The notes beneath the pieces are model-generated. The model saw only the letters and a program-made list of their open reading frames with translations, made no database searches and was not told where the DNA came from. Made by a program: the position numbers and the translations under genes. Source: an uncultured delta proteobacterium (GTDB lineage Bacteria; Desulfobacterota; Binatia; Bin18). From it: a stretch of 64,000 nt of DNA. Location of the stretch: positions 256,001 through 320,000 of the forward strand of contig CAVTCR010000062.1 in assembly GCA_963733195.1 (NCBI GenBank), given 5' to 3'. Of this stretch, positions 41,480-55,583 are shown one piece after another. Within the stretch, counting starts at the first letter, position 1. The number at the start of each line of letters is the position of its first letter.

Positions 41480-42855
41480 ATGAAGAGAGTCAAAGGTCTA
41501 AATCAGATCACAAAGGATTGGCACACGGGCTCTGTCACCCTGAGTGTAACGAAGGGTCTCTCAGGGAGATTCTTCGCGGAGTTTATCCTGAGCGCAGCCG
41601 AAGGGCTCAGAATGACACGAGTGAGAAGTCACGTTGTGAAGTGTACGATTGTCATGAAGTTCGATTCAGGTGCGTTGTTACTCAAGTTGGTATTCGGGCT
41701 CAGCCTCTTGGCGAGTTGTCAACCATCAGGCTCTCCTGATCCAGTCCCAACCACAGTTCCACCGGCTGAAGTTCAAGCTGAGGCTCGGGATGAGCAGTCC
41801 ATTTATCTCCAGCAGCGCTCCATGCGTTGACCATCAAGACCACCCCAGTTATTCGACGCCAGCTTACTGAAGAGGTGCGCGTGACTGCGGTCATCAAGCC
41901 CAACGAAAATCGACTCGCACACGTGAGCCCCCGTATTGCTGGACGAGTAGTCATCGTACGCAAGCTGTTAGGGGATACTGTCAAAACCGGTGATGTCCTC
42001 GCGATCTTGGATAGTGTTGAACTCGGCAAAGCGAAGGCCGACTATCTGAAATTTCAAGCACTCACTAGTGTACAAGAGAAAAACTACCAACGGGCACGAC
42101 GCCTTTTTGAGCAACACATTACCTCACAGCGGGAAGTACTTGAAGCCGAAGCTGCCTATCTAACTGCGAGAGCAGAATTTGAAGCAGCGCATGCAACGTT
42201 ACACCTTTATGGATTGTCTGATGAAGACACCCATCGCTTAGCCTGGCAGGCGAAAGAACCGATCTCGCAATTTCCACTTCTCTCTCCGTTCTCCGGGATT
42301 GTGGCAGAAAAAGATATCACCATTGGAGAGGTCATTCCGCCGGAACGTTCAGTCTACACGATTGCTGATTTCTCGACGCTGTGGATTCAGCTTGATGTCT
42401 ACGAGAAAGACCTGGCAAAAGTTCGTGTCGGACAAGATGTAGCAATCACAACTGATAGTTACCCGCAGGAGACCTTTCGCGGTACTGTCACGTATTTAGG
42501 GAGTCTGCTGAATGAGCAAACACGGACCATTCCTACGCGGGTTGAAATCCCCAATCCCCAAGGGCGCTTGAAACCCGGCATGTTTGCAACTGCGCTCATC
42601 ACCACACCGGGACAGCAGGACGTAACCGGCCTCACTGTACCGTCAAGCGCCGTGCAACGAGTAGAAGGAGAGATAGTCGTATTTGTACCCAGCGGAGAAG
42701 GGATATTTACCCGACACATTGTGCAGCTTGGCAAACAAGGAGATGAGTGGGTTGAAGTTCGCGAAGGAGTTCAGGAGGGCCAACAGGTAGTGACCGAGGG
42801 AAGTTTCACCCTCAAGTCTGAACTCCTGAAAGCGACGCTCGCTGAAGGGGAATAG
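41480..42855 (+). CDS. czcB: RND periplasmic adaptor (CzcB-like) lipoprotein; in-frame insertion near the start and one frameshift near 41815
   Basis: Lipobox LASC, VSPRIAGRV, SPFSG, LKPGMFA, VVTEGSFTLKSE. Confidence 0.85.
41498..41669. mobile_element. MITE-like insertion carrying a palindromic core
   Basis: Ends CTAAATC/GATTCAG with short direct repeat (GT or AGGT); core tgtcaccctgag...gagattcttcg...ctcagaatgaca resembles the inside of the 5810-6010 MITE. Confidence 0.65.
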
Positions 42856-42860
42856 CACTA

Positions 42861-45982
<3,122 letters not shown>

Positions 45983-46073
45983 TCAGGTAGCTCGTTTACT
46001 CGAGTGTTCTATAGCCGCGTTTGCGGAATTAGGAGATTTCTTTGCTTGTGTCCTTAAAGTGCCTGATTCGCTT

Positions 46074-46101
46074 GTAGAGACGCGACATGTTGCGTCTCTA
46101 C
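46074..46101. repeat. GTAG REP hairpin
   Basis: gtagagacgcgacatgttgcgtctctac. Confidence 0.65.
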
Positions 46102-46224
46102 GGGACATCGTTGGTCGCATGAAAATGGCAATCCGCTCTAAGAATACTACGCTAGGGGAAAGTAAGAGAGCTTTGCTAAGATACCTGATTATGTTCCGCT
46201 GAGAGCGGGACGAGAGAGGAAGTT

Positions 46225-47971
46225 ATGTTCAAACAACTAGCTCGACTCTATCTTTTTCTCATTATCTCCCTGGTTCTTAGCATGACAGCTCCTCGCGCGG
46301 TATTCGCACAGCCATGTTAGACAAACACGCAGCCTGGCTCGATTTCAGAGCGGTATCGGCATCGTTTCGGGTTGGGCTTGCGATGCTGATCGGATTGATA
46401 TCGAAGTAAGCGGCAGCGGAGTCACCGCCACACTTCAAGCCTCCTATGGCACTGCACGAGGCGATACTGTGGGCGCATGCAGAGATACCAACAATGGCTT
46501 TGGTCTGTTAGTGAACTGGAACATCTTACCTGATGGCAATTATACGGTTCGGGCTTTGCGCGATGACGTAGAGTTTGCCCGTGCTACAGTTATCGTCAGC
46601 ACTCTCGGGCTAAACCGGCAATTTCCTACCGGTCTCACCGGAGAATCGCAGCTGCCGGACTTTCCTCAGGACGGAAAGACGACGCGTATTCGTTGGCAGG
46701 AGAGTATTCAGAATTTTAGCATTATCGGCGCGACCGAAAGTCCGGCAGACGGAACTCCATCCAGTCCTCGCACGAAACTCGAAAACCCGATAGCAGGCTC
46801 GTTTCAGAGCGGCATTAGCGTGATCTCCGGCTGGGCGTGTGAGGCCAGAAAGGATTGAGGTCGAAATCAATGGTATCATTACACTACAAGCAGCCTATGG
46901 CACCGCGCGGGATGATACGGCGGGTGCGTGTGGAGATACCGATAATGGCTTTGGCCTGTTGGTCAACTGGAGTGATTTACCAGATGGGGTACATACTTTA
47001 CGCGCGTTAAAAGACGGCGTTGAGTTTGCACGTTCAGTATTCACCGTCACGACTCTGGGTCTTGGGTCATTCGTGCAAGGATTAAGCGGCGGCTTTGTTG
47101 TGTCCGATTTCCCGCAATCAGGACGACATACACGCGTCCAATGGCAAGAAAGTATACAGAACTTTACCATTACCGGGGCGGTTCTTCCTGAAATCGATGA
47201 ACGGATATGCACCAGCGCCACCCAAGCTGCCGTCGATCCCTCTGGCGGGAGAGCGAATCTTACGGCAACCAATCCGTGTCAGTCTTCCGGCCAGATCCAA
47301 GTCGTGCAAGTCCTTCCTCAAAATAGCTCGCCATTGACATCCGGGATCACGCCCGAACCGCGAGCACAGACAACAGGAGGGTTTTCGGCCTGCGACACTA
47401 ATCTCAGTATCACGCAAGGAGGAAAAATATTCACAATGAGTGACTTTGATTGGCTCGACAGTGATGGTAATAGAGTCTGCCGCACTCTTACGCCAGGGAA
47501 TTCGCTTGATACGTTTATCAAAGTCAAAGCAGGCTCATCCCTAAACTTCAATCAACCATTTGACATTGTCTACACCAATCAGCGCAGTCTTTCAGTGGGC
47601 ATCCTGCCTTTCTTCCTCCACCGACGATTGTCGATAACGATATAGTCGGTGGAGGCCCACCGATAGAATGCAGCCTTTTTGGCGTGCCAAGACAGATCCA
47701 ATTTTGCAATGGCGATACCTCCATCGGGCAGCGGCTTTTCCCCTTGACCAGTCAGTGTTCTGTTTTCTTGGAAGGCTCAGTGACCCTTATCGCTGATAAC
47801 AACGATTTTCACGTCATCCTGGGAAAGACCTTTTTCTTACAGCCCCCCAGTGACAGTGCGCTAATTGGCATCGAATACACGGGTAAATGTCCAGCCACGA
47901 GTAGAGGCAGAGCGTCGATTGAACTCGAAGGAACTGGGGTTGCCCTTATTTTACTGAATCCGGTGGAATAG
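46225..47971 (+). CDS. Secreted hypothetical protein with two N-terminal repeat modules and a Cys-containing C-terminal region; several frameshifts, 3' end uncertain
   Basis: Signal peptide MFKQLARLYLFLIISLVL...VFAQ; repeats homologous to the M4 protease tail. Confidence 0.65.
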
Positions 47972-48132
47972 TAGAGAAGAGGCTGTCGAATCTTGGGCTT
48001 GATAGCTCATAGTATTGGCTGAGGGCACCTTTATCTCTCAATTTGACGCCTTCCAGCTTCTTTCGTATAGTAGGTTTCCGTGGTCGGGCTTCTCTCCGTC
48101 GATTCCAACGTTACAATCTGCGTGAGTTGAGC

Positions 48133-48894
48133 ATGGAAGTTGTTGCATTGATTCCTGCTCGTTATGGGTCAACTCGCTTCCCCGGAAAGCCGCTGGCATT
48201 ATTGCGCGGTAAGCCGATGATCCAACATGTCTACGAACAAACCTGCTTGGTACGCGGCTTGGCTCGCGTCATCGTCGCGACCGATGATGATCGCATCGCA
48301 AGTGTCATACGTGCTGTTGGTGGAGAGGTCGCCATGACCCGCGCTGATCATCCTACTGGCACCGATCGTCTCGCCGAGGTTGCCGAACGGCTCAGCGTAG
48401 ATATCATCGTCAACGTGCAGGGAGATTTGCCGTTCTTTCCGCCAGCCATGGTCGAAGACGCGGTCACTGCTCTCACTCAGGCTCCTAGTGCGGTGATGTC
48501 CACAGTGAAAACGCCGATCTATGAAGTTGCTGAGTGGCAGAACATCAACGTCGTAAAAGTTGTCACTGATCGCAAAGGGTATGCATTATATTTTTCGCGG
48601 AGTCCCATCCCCTACGAAAGGAGTCCAGAGTCCAGAGTCCAGAGTCCAGAGTCAGCAGGCACAGAACGGAAAACGATTCTTGGGTATCGGCATATTGGTC
48701 TATACGTGTATCGACGGGACTTTCTCTTTACCTTTACGAAGTTGCCACGGACACCACTGGAACAAACGGAACAGCTTGAGCAGTTACGCGCTTTGGAATG
48801 GGGTTATCAGATCACGGTTAGCGACACAGAACGTCCAACCATCGAGATCGACACGCCGGAGGACCTGCGGCGTGCAGAGGAGGCAATGCCATGA
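48133..48894 (+). CDS. kdsB: CMP-KDO synthetase
   Basis: [44 protein letters not shown]. Confidence 0.97.
   Translation: MEVVALIPARYGSTRFPGKPLALLRGKPMIQHVYEQTCLVRGLARVIVATDDDRIASVIRAVGGEVAMTRADHPTGTDRLAEVAERLSVDIIVNVQGDLPFFPPAMVEDAVTALTQAPSAVMSTVKTPIYEVAEWQNINVVKVVTDRKGYALYFSRSPIPYERSPESRVQSPESAGTERKTILGYRHIGLYVYRRDFLFTFTKLPRTPLEQTEQLEQLRALEWGYQITVSDTERPTIEIDTPEDLRRAEEAMP
48621..48653 (+). repeat. Heptamer tandem repeat (GAGTCCA)n inside kdsB
   Basis: gagtcca x4 + gagtc, translated as [11 protein letters not shown]. Confidence 0.85.
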
Positions 48895-50567
48895 GTACCA
48901 ATGAGCATGGGAAAGAAGGCCGTAAGACGAAATTTATTTTCATCACCGGTGGTGTGGTCTCCTCTCTAGGCAAAGGCATCGCCGCCGCCTCGATCGGCGG
49001 ACTGCTCGAAAGCCGTGGCCTGAAAGTCACGTTACTGAAAATGGACCCGTACATTAACGTCGATCCCGGCACTATGAATCCGTTTCAACACGGCGAGGTC
49101 TATGTGACTGACGATGGCGCCGAAACTGACCTCGATCTTGGGCACTACGAGCGCTATGTCTCCACGCCGTTGGGTCGGAAAAACACCTTCACTACCGGCC
49201 AGGTGTACGACACGGTCATTGCCCGCGAACGCAAGGGTGACTATCTCGGTGGGACGGTACAAGTCATTCCGCACATTACCGATGAGATCAAACAACGCAT
49301 TTTCGCCGCTGCCGCCGGTTTTGATGTCGCTATCTGTGAAGTCGGAGGCACTGTTGGTGATATCGAGAGCCTTCCGTTCCTCGAAGCAATTCGGCAGCTC
49401 CGCTGGGACTGGGGGCGCGAACATGTGCTGTACGTGCATCTCACGTTGGTACCCTTTATTTCTGCTGCTGGTGAACTGAAAACCAAACCCACGCAACACA
49501 GCGTGAAAGAACTCACCAGTCTCGGCATTCAGCCCGACATCCTCCTGTGTCGTACCGATCGCTACCTTGAAGCCAAGGTCAAAGCCAAAATTGCCCTCTT
49601 CTGTAACGTCAACGACAACGCGGTCATCACTGCCAAAGATGTTGAATGTATCTATGAAGTTCCGCTGGTGTTTCACCAGGAAGGGCTCGACGAACGCATC
49701 GTGGAAAAACTCAACATGTGGACCGGTGGTCCAAACCTCAGTAAGTGGGAACGGATCGTCCACATTTATAAGAATCCCCGCGAGCGGGTGCGTATCGCTA
49801 TGGTTGGCAAATACGTCAATCTCATCGACTCGTATAAGAGCTTGAATGAAGCGCTTGCGCATGGCGGGCTCGCCAACGAATGCCGGGTCGAAATCGAGCA
49901 TATCGATTCAGAACAGCTAGAGGATGGGACACTCCCTGAAGCGGTTCGTCGCGCCGATGGGTTGCTCGTGCCGATGGGATTTGGCCAACGTGGCACTGAG
50001 GGAAAAGTCGCTGCCGTCCGCTATGCCCGCGAGGAAGGAGTTCCGTTCTTCGGTATTTGTTTTGGTATGCAGATGGCGGTAATTGAGTTTGGCCGCAACG
50101 TTTGCGGTCTCGCCCATGCTAACTCTACCGAAGTCGACGAAAATACTCCGCATCCGGTTATTGCGCTGATGAATGAACAACGCAGCATCGTGCAAAAAGG
50201 CGGAACGATGCGGCTCGGGGCGTATCCATGTTCGCTGCAAGACGGGACGCTCGCCGCTAAGCTCTATGGCCAATCGCAAATCTCCGAACGTCATCGTCAC
50301 CGCTATGAATTCAACAACGAGTACCGCGAACGCTACGCCACGAAGGGCATGACCTTCAGTGGGCTCTCGCCTGACGGTGGTCTGGTGGAAATTATCGAGA
50401 TTCGCAAACATCCCTGGTTTATTGGCGTGCAGTTCCACCCAGAACTCAAGTCGCGTCCTTTTGACTGTCACCCTCTGTTTGCGGGATTTGTTCGCGCAGC
50501 GCTGCAACGGCGCTTAGGTATCCACGAAAGTCCGTTGCGACGTGTGAGCGGGGCTGGACGATCATGA
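48891..50567 (+). CDS. pyrG: CTP synthase
   Basis: [43 protein letters not shown]. Confidence 0.98.
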   Translation: MSTNEHGKEGRKTKFIFITGGVVSSLGKGIAAASIGGLLESRGLKVTLLKMDPYINVDPGTMNPFQHGEVYVTDDGAETDLDLGHYERYVSTPLGRKNTFTTGQVYDTVIARERKGDYLGGTVQVIPHITDEIKQRIFAAAAGFDVAICEVGGTVGDIESLPFLEAIRQLRWDWGREHVLYVHLTLVPFISAAGELKTKPTQHSVKELTSLGIQPDILLCRTDRYLEAKVKAKIALFCNVNDNAVITAKDVECIYEVPLVFHQEGLDERIVEKLNMWTGGPNLSKWERIVHIYKNPRERVRIAMVGKYVNLIDSYKSLNEALAHGGLANECRVEIEHIDSEQLEDGTLPEAVRRADGLLVPMGFGQRGTEGKVAAVRYAREEGVPFFGICFGMQMAVIEFGRNVCGLAHANSTEVDENTPHPVIALMNEQRSIVQKGGTMRLGAYPCSLQDGTLAAKLYGQSQISERHRHRYEFNNEYRERYATKGMTFSGLSPDGGLVEIIEIRKHPWFIGVQFHPELKSRPFDCHPLFAGFVRAALQRRLGIHESPLRRVSGAGRS

Positions 50568-51415
50568 TTCGTGAAGTTGTTCCCAATGTTGTCCACATCG
50601 GGTCAATCCCGTGTGGTGGCAATCATCCGTTTGTCTTGATCGCTGGCCCGTGTGTAATTGAGGGTCGAGACTCCGCGCTGTACCACGCCGAGGCGCTCGT
50701 AACACTCACGAACCGTCTCGGCGTTCCCTTCATTTACAAATCTTCATACGACAAAGCCAACCGCACCTCTGGTGAGTCGTTTCGCGGTCTTGGCATGGAT
50801 GAGGGGCTTGCTATTCTTGCTGAGACGAGACGCCAATGCGGTGTCCTCGTCCTGACTGACGTGCATTCACCCGAAGAAGCGAGGGCCGCTGCTGACGCAG
50901 TCGATGTTCTGCAGATTCCGGCGTTTCTCTGTCGTCAAACCGATCTCTTGGTAGCAGCAGGAGAGAGTGGGCGGGTCGTGAATATCAAGAAGGGCCAATT
51001 CTTGGCCCCGTGGGATATGAGCCACGCCGCCACCAAAGTCGCGTCAACCGGCAATCAACGCATTTTACTGACCGAACGCGGAGCCTCGTTTGGCTACAAC
51101 AACTTGGTATCTGATTTTCGTTCGTTACCGATTATGGCCCGTACTGGCTATCCGGTCGTGTATGATGCCACGCATAGTGTGCAGTTACCTGGAGGACAAG
51201 GGAGCATGTCCGGAGGCCAACGAGAGTTTATTGCACCGCTGGCACGTGCGGCACTGGCAGTTGGTGTCGATGGATTGTTCATGGAAGTCCATCGCGATCC
51301 AGAACGTGCGTTGAGTGACAGTGCCACCGTCTTCCCGCTCGCCCAGCTCGAAGCCGTATTGCAAACACTTCAGAAGCTTGATGCTATTGCGAAAGAGCGA
51401 CCTCCCAGAGTATAA
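50564..51415 (+). CDS. kdsA: KDO8P synthase
   Basis: [37 protein letters not shown]. Confidence 0.97.
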   Translation: MIREVVPNVVHIGSIPCGGNHPFVLIAGPCVIEGRDSALYHAEALVTLTNRLGVPFIYKSSYDKANRTSGESFRGLGMDEGLAILAETRRQCGVLVLTDVHSPEEARAAADAVDVLQIPAFLCRQTDLLVAAGESGRVVNIKKGQFLAPWDMSHAATKVASTGNQRILLTERGASFGYNNLVSDFRSLPIMARTGYPVVYDATHSVQLPGGQGSMSGGQREFIAPLARAALAVGVDGLFMEVHRDPERALSDSATVFPLAQLEAVLQTLQKLDAIAKERPPRV

Positions 51416-51632
51416 CACTAGCGGTGCTATTCTTTCTTCGACGAGCCGCCGGTATGGACTCTCAATCCTCAATAGAGTCCCGTAGTTGATTCACCTGCAC
51501 GGTCAGGAAATTCCTGATTTACTTTTCCTCTTTCAACGCAACGGCTACTCTTTAGAGAAAGGCAAGAAACTTGCCACCTTCATTGCGTAAGATGAAGAAG
51601 GTAGGGTATCTTGATCGAGGTGGAAGAATTCG

Positions 51633-52223
51633 ATGAGTCGCGGTCAAGTACGTTTCCTCATTGCCTCTCTGGTGTTGCTTTTGTTAGCCGTAGTTGGCCA
51701 TGGCTTGCTCATCAACACAGAACGTGCGGACGACTCTGCCCTTAATCCGACTCTCGATCCTCCTACAACCTCAGAAGAACAACGCATGGAAAACTTTAAG
51801 CGCGTGAAGGTCCGACCCGATGGCAAAAAGGCCTGGGAAATCGTTGCACGCAAAGCGCGCTACTCGCCTGAGAACCATCTGGTCATTGTCGAGTCCCCGC
51901 AATTCTCCTTCTATCCGAAGGATGGAGAATCTTTCTCGTTGCGGAGCCGCGAGGCGCGAATATTATTGACTACCGACAAAAAAGAAGACGTTATGCGCGT
52001 CGAGCTCAGTGGCGATTTAGAAATGCAGGTAAGCGATTATCTTATTAAGACCCAGGAAGCGATTTTTGAAACCGAACAGAATCGGATCTCATCGTCCGGT
52101 GCTGTCCAGATAGACGGCCCAGGAGTAACGGTTGCAGGCCAAGGATATTCCGTTGACGTTACCAACAAATATTTGACCCTCGATGCAGACGTACAAACCA
52201 CTTTAAGTAGGAGCGATAGTTAA
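51633..52223 (+). CDS. lptC: LPS export protein LptC
   Basis: N-terminal TM, WEIVARKA, beta-rich; position before lptAB. Confidence 0.75.
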   Translation: MSRGQVRFLIASLVLLLLAVVGHGLLINTERADDSALNPTLDPPTTSEEQRMENFKRVKVRPDGKKAWEIVARKARYSPENHLVIVESPQFSFYPKDGESFSLRSREARILLTTDKKEDVMRVELSGDLEMQVSDYLIKTQEAIFETEQNRISSSGAVQIDGPGVTVAGQGYSVDVTNKYLTLDADVQTTLSRSDS

Positions 52224-52885
52224 TGAAGAAGCTGGGAGGCAGCGGGGTTGGAATCGTACTGTTCCTGACGTTGTTTTGCGCGACAGACACTGCTCTTGCC
52301 GCTGAAGACAAGAGCGCCCCTACCGAACAACCAACAAAGAGTCAGAATCCGTTTGATATCTCCCTTACTTCGGGCAATGGGCCGATCAATATTCGTTCAG
52401 GAAAGTTAGAGTTCTTCTACAACGAAAAGCGGATTGTGTATCGCGATGGCGTGGTCGCAACCCGAGATAACGGTACAATTAAGAGCGATCTCCTTACTGT
52501 CACGTATGAAGAGCAAGAGGCAAACAATGGCGCAGGAGCGCCTTCTGCTTCTGCGACCAATGCCTCTGCTTCAGAAAAAGAGAACGCTGCCACCCGGCGA
52601 CGCCAACGGATCAAAGAAGCAGTAGCAGAAGGAAACGTAGAGATCACCTCGGAAACCGGCAACGCAACCTGCAAAAAAGCCGTCTTCAACGAAATCAAAC
52701 GTACCGTCGTGCTGAGTGGCGATGCCGTGTTGCGAGATGGAGACAACACTGTGAAAGGGCAAACCGTCACAGTGTACCTTGATGAAAGTCGAGTCACGGT
52801 TGAAGGAACGGCAGAAACACGGCCAGAAATGCAATTGAATCCCAAACGAGACGAAAAAGGCAAAAAAGAGGCAAGGACACGGTGA
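52223..52885 (+). CDS. lptA: LptA/OstA family protein
   Basis: Signal peptide, PINIRS, AEGNVEI, VLSGDA, VKGQTVTVYL. Confidence 0.85.
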   Translation: MKKLGGSGVGIVLFLTLFCATDTALAAEDKSAPTEQPTKSQNPFDISLTSGNGPINIRSGKLEFFYNEKRIVYRDGVVATRDNGTIKSDLLTVTYEEQEANNGAGAPSASATNASASEKENAATRRRQRIKEAVAEGNVEITSETGNATCKKAVFNEIKRTVVLSGDAVLRDGDNTVKGQTVTVYLDESRVTVEGTAETRPEMQLNPKRDEKGKKEARTR

Positions 52886-53625
52886 TCAATAAAGCAGTGT
52901 TACGCGGAGAGCGGTTGTATAAGACGTACGGCAAGCGGCCAGTTCTGCGTGACGTCAGCATTGAAGTCAGAGGTGGAGAAGTCGTTGGACTGCTTGGTCC
53001 CAATGGCGCAGGGAAAACAACGACATTCTCGATTATTGTGGGAATCTTACGGCCTGACCAAGGGGTCGTCCGTTATAATGGAGAAAATATTACGACGTTA
53101 CCAATGCACCTGCGTGCCCGGAGAGGGATCACCTATTTGCCGCAAGAACCGTCGGTTTTTCGCAAGCTTACCGTCGAAGAAAACGTGATGGCAGTCCTCG
53201 AAACTCTAGAGCTGACCACCGCCGAGCGTCGCACTCGCCTCGTACAGCTCCTTGGCGAACTGCATATCATGCACCTCGCCCACCAACGTGCGGAGTCGTT
53301 GTCTGGCGGAGAACGACGGCGGGTAGAAATCACCCGTGCGCTGGTAATGTCGCCTTCGTTTATGTTGCTGGATGAGCCGTTTGCTGGTATCGACCCACTG
53401 TCAGTGAATGATATTCAAGAAATTATCGCGCAATTACGCAATCGTGGAATCGGGATTTTACTCACCGATCACAATGCCCAGGAAACACTGCGGATTTGTG
53501 ACCGTGCTTATCTTCTCACCGATGGCAACGTATTCGTGTCTGGCACCCCGGAAGAACTGGCCACCAATGAGCGCGCACGACAAGCTTATTTAGGGCAACG
53601 CTTTAGTCTGCAAAGCCGAGGGTAA
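52882..53625 (+). CDS. lptB: LPS export ABC ATPase
   Basis: GLLGPNGAGKTT, YLPQEPSVFRKL, LSGGERRR, LDEPFAGIDP, TDHN. Confidence 0.97.
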   Translation: MINKAVLRGERLYKTYGKRPVLRDVSIEVRGGEVVGLLGPNGAGKTTTFSIIVGILRPDQGVVRYNGENITTLPMHLRARRGITYLPQEPSVFRKLTVEENVMAVLETLELTTAERRTRLVQLLGELHIMHLAHQRAESLSGGERRRVEITRALVMSPSFMLLDEPFAGIDPLSVNDIQEIIAQLRNRGIGILLTDHNAQETLRICDRAYLLTDGNVFVSGTPEELATNERARQAYLGQRFSLQSRG

Positions 53626-53631
53626 ATTTCC

Positions 53632-55074
53632 ATGGCGTTAGATATACGGCTGCAGCAGAAGCTGCAACAAAAGCTGGTAATGACGCCACAGTTGCGTCAA
53701 GCCATAAAAATTCTCCAGCTCCAACGGGAAGAGCTCGAGACACTCATCGACGAGGAACTGGCCGAAAATCCGGTATTAGAACGCGCGGAAGGAGAAGAAC
53801 CCCTTACCTCTGGCCCGCAAACAGAAACCGAGATTGCCACGGTCGATAGTCCCACCCCAACGCCCCAAGACGACATCAACTGGCAAGCCTATCTTGATAA
53901 TTACAGTAACGACATGCCATCACTCCCTGCTACTGGCGGTGATGATGATGATGACGATCGTCTCAATATTCTCGAAAATGTCCTGACCCGTGCAGAGTCG
54001 TTAGCAGACCATCTCTCCGAGCAACTGCGATTTCACGAACTGAGTCCGGAAGAAGAACGAACAGCGTCGGTCATTATCGGTAACCTGGATGTGGATGGAT
54101 ATCTCAAAGCCTCGCTAGAAGAACTCGCCTCGGGAGCAGGGGTAGGCGTCGAACTCGCAGCCTATGTGCTCCAGCTCATCCACTCCTGTGATCCAACCGG
54201 AGTTGCCGCTCGCGACTTACGCGAATGTTTGCTTCTGCAGTTACGTGCCCAAGCGCACGAAGACCCAACGGTTGAGGACCCACTGATCACCCTCGCTATA
54301 CGGATCGTGCAAGACCATCTCACAGTCCTCGAAGGCCGACGCTTTGATCGGCTCGCCAAAGATTTAGGAGTCACGGTTGATGAAGTCACGCACGCCGTTA
54401 AACTGATTACGACACTCGAACCAAAGCCAGCCCGTAATTTTGGCGAAGGCGAGACCCGTTATGTGACCCCCGACGTCGATGTGCGGAAAATGGGCGATGA
54501 GTATTTCGTCACACTGAATGAAGAAGGGCTTCCACGTCTCAAGGTTAGTCAGTCGTACCGGCGCATGCTCGCAGGGGGAGGAGATGCGAAAGATTACATT
54601 CAGGATAAGCTGCGCTCGGCAGCCTGGCTCATCAAAAGCATCCAGCAACGTCAGCACACTCTGCTCCAGGTTGCACAAAGTATCGTGAAGTTCCAAGGCG
54701 ATTTTCTGACGTATGGTGTTTCGCAAATGCGCCCGCTGGTGTTACGCGACGTTGCCGAGGATGTCGGCATCCATGAATCAACCGTGAGCCGTGCCATCGC
54801 CAACAAATATATGGCTACGCCGCGAGGCATCTTCTCAATGAAGCGGTTTTTCACCACCGGTCTCAAAAGTCATCACGGCCAAGATATCGCTGCAGAAAGT
54901 GTGAAAGAACAGATTCGGGAATTAATCACCAAAGAAGACCCGATGCGTCCGTTAAGTGATGAGGATATTGCTAAGCAACTGTCGCAAAGCAATGTCGATA
55001 TTGCTCGCAGAACTGTAGCAAAGTATCGTGAAGCAATGAATATTCCGCCATCGGCGAAACGCAAGCAAGGATAA
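53632..55074 (+). CDS. rpoN: RNA polymerase sigma-54
   Basis: MTPQLRQAIKILQ, HESTVSRA, RpoN box ARRTVAKYRE. Confidence 0.98.
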   Translation: MALDIRLQQKLQQKLVMTPQLRQAIKILQLQREELETLIDEELAENPVLERAEGEEPLTSGPQTETEIATVDSPTPTPQDDINWQAYLDNYSNDMPSLPATGGDDDDDDRLNILENVLTRAESLADHLSEQLRFHELSPEEERTASVIIGNLDVDGYLKASLEELASGAGVGVELAAYVLQLIHSCDPTGVAARDLRECLLLQLRAQAHEDPTVEDPLITLAIRIVQDHLTVLEGRRFDRLAKDLGVTVDEVTHAVKLITTLEPKPARNFGEGETRYVTPDVDVRKMGDEYFVTLNEEGLPRLKVSQSYRRMLAGGGDAKDYIQDKLRSAAWLIKSIQQRQHTLLQVAQSIVKFQGDFLTYGVSQMRPLVLRDVAEDVGIHESTVSRAIANKYMATPRGIFSMKRFFTTGLKSHHGQDIAAESVKEQIRELITKEDPMRPLSDEDIAKQLSQSNVDIARRTVAKYREAMNIPPSAKRKQG

Positions 55075-55121
55075 TACGCTCGCGAGAAGGTGACGGCTCC
55101 TCGAGGGGAAAGGACCCCCAC

Positions 55122-55583
55122 ATGCGCGTCATTGATATTCTGACAGAAGATTTAGTTATTCCACAACTACAGAGTACCAGCAAAACCGACGTACTCCATG
55201 AACTTGCGCAGCATCTAGCGACGCAACGGCCTGATATTCGCGCCGAACAGCTAGTCACGGTGTTGCTTGACCGAGAACGGCTCGGCACGACAGCTATTGG
55301 GGAAGGAATAGCTATTCCGCACGGTAAACTCCCCGGGCTCAAAGGAGTGGTGGCGGTCTTTGGTCGCAGTCAACAGGGTATTGACTGTCATTCGTTGGAT
55401 GGGCTCCCAACCAAACTCTTTTTCTTACTGGTCGCACCAGAAGAGTCTGCCGGAGTGCATCTCAAAGCCCTTGCCCGGGTTTCACGACTGCTCAAAGATA
55501 AAGCATTTCGAGACCGTCTTTTACAAGGAACGAATCGTGCCACTTTATATCAGGTGATTTGTGAAGAAGACGCCAGACTCTGA
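55122..55583 (+). CDS. ptsN: PTS EIIA (Ntr)
   Basis: RERLGTTAIGEGIAIPHG, HLKALARVSR. Confidence 0.92.
   Translation: MRVIDILTEDLVIPQLQSTSKTDVLHELAQHLATQRPDIRAEQLVTVLLDRERLGTTAIGEGIAIPHGKLPGLKGVVAVFGRSQQGIDCHSLDGLPTKLFFLLVAPEESAGVHLKALARVSRLLKDKAFRDRLLQGTNRATLYQVICEEDARL

Noticed and set aside
49032-49901. Long antisense ORFs (e.g. 289 aa opposite pyrG, 205 aa opposite czcA)
   Set aside because: They are shadows of well-supported sense genes and have no motifs of their own.
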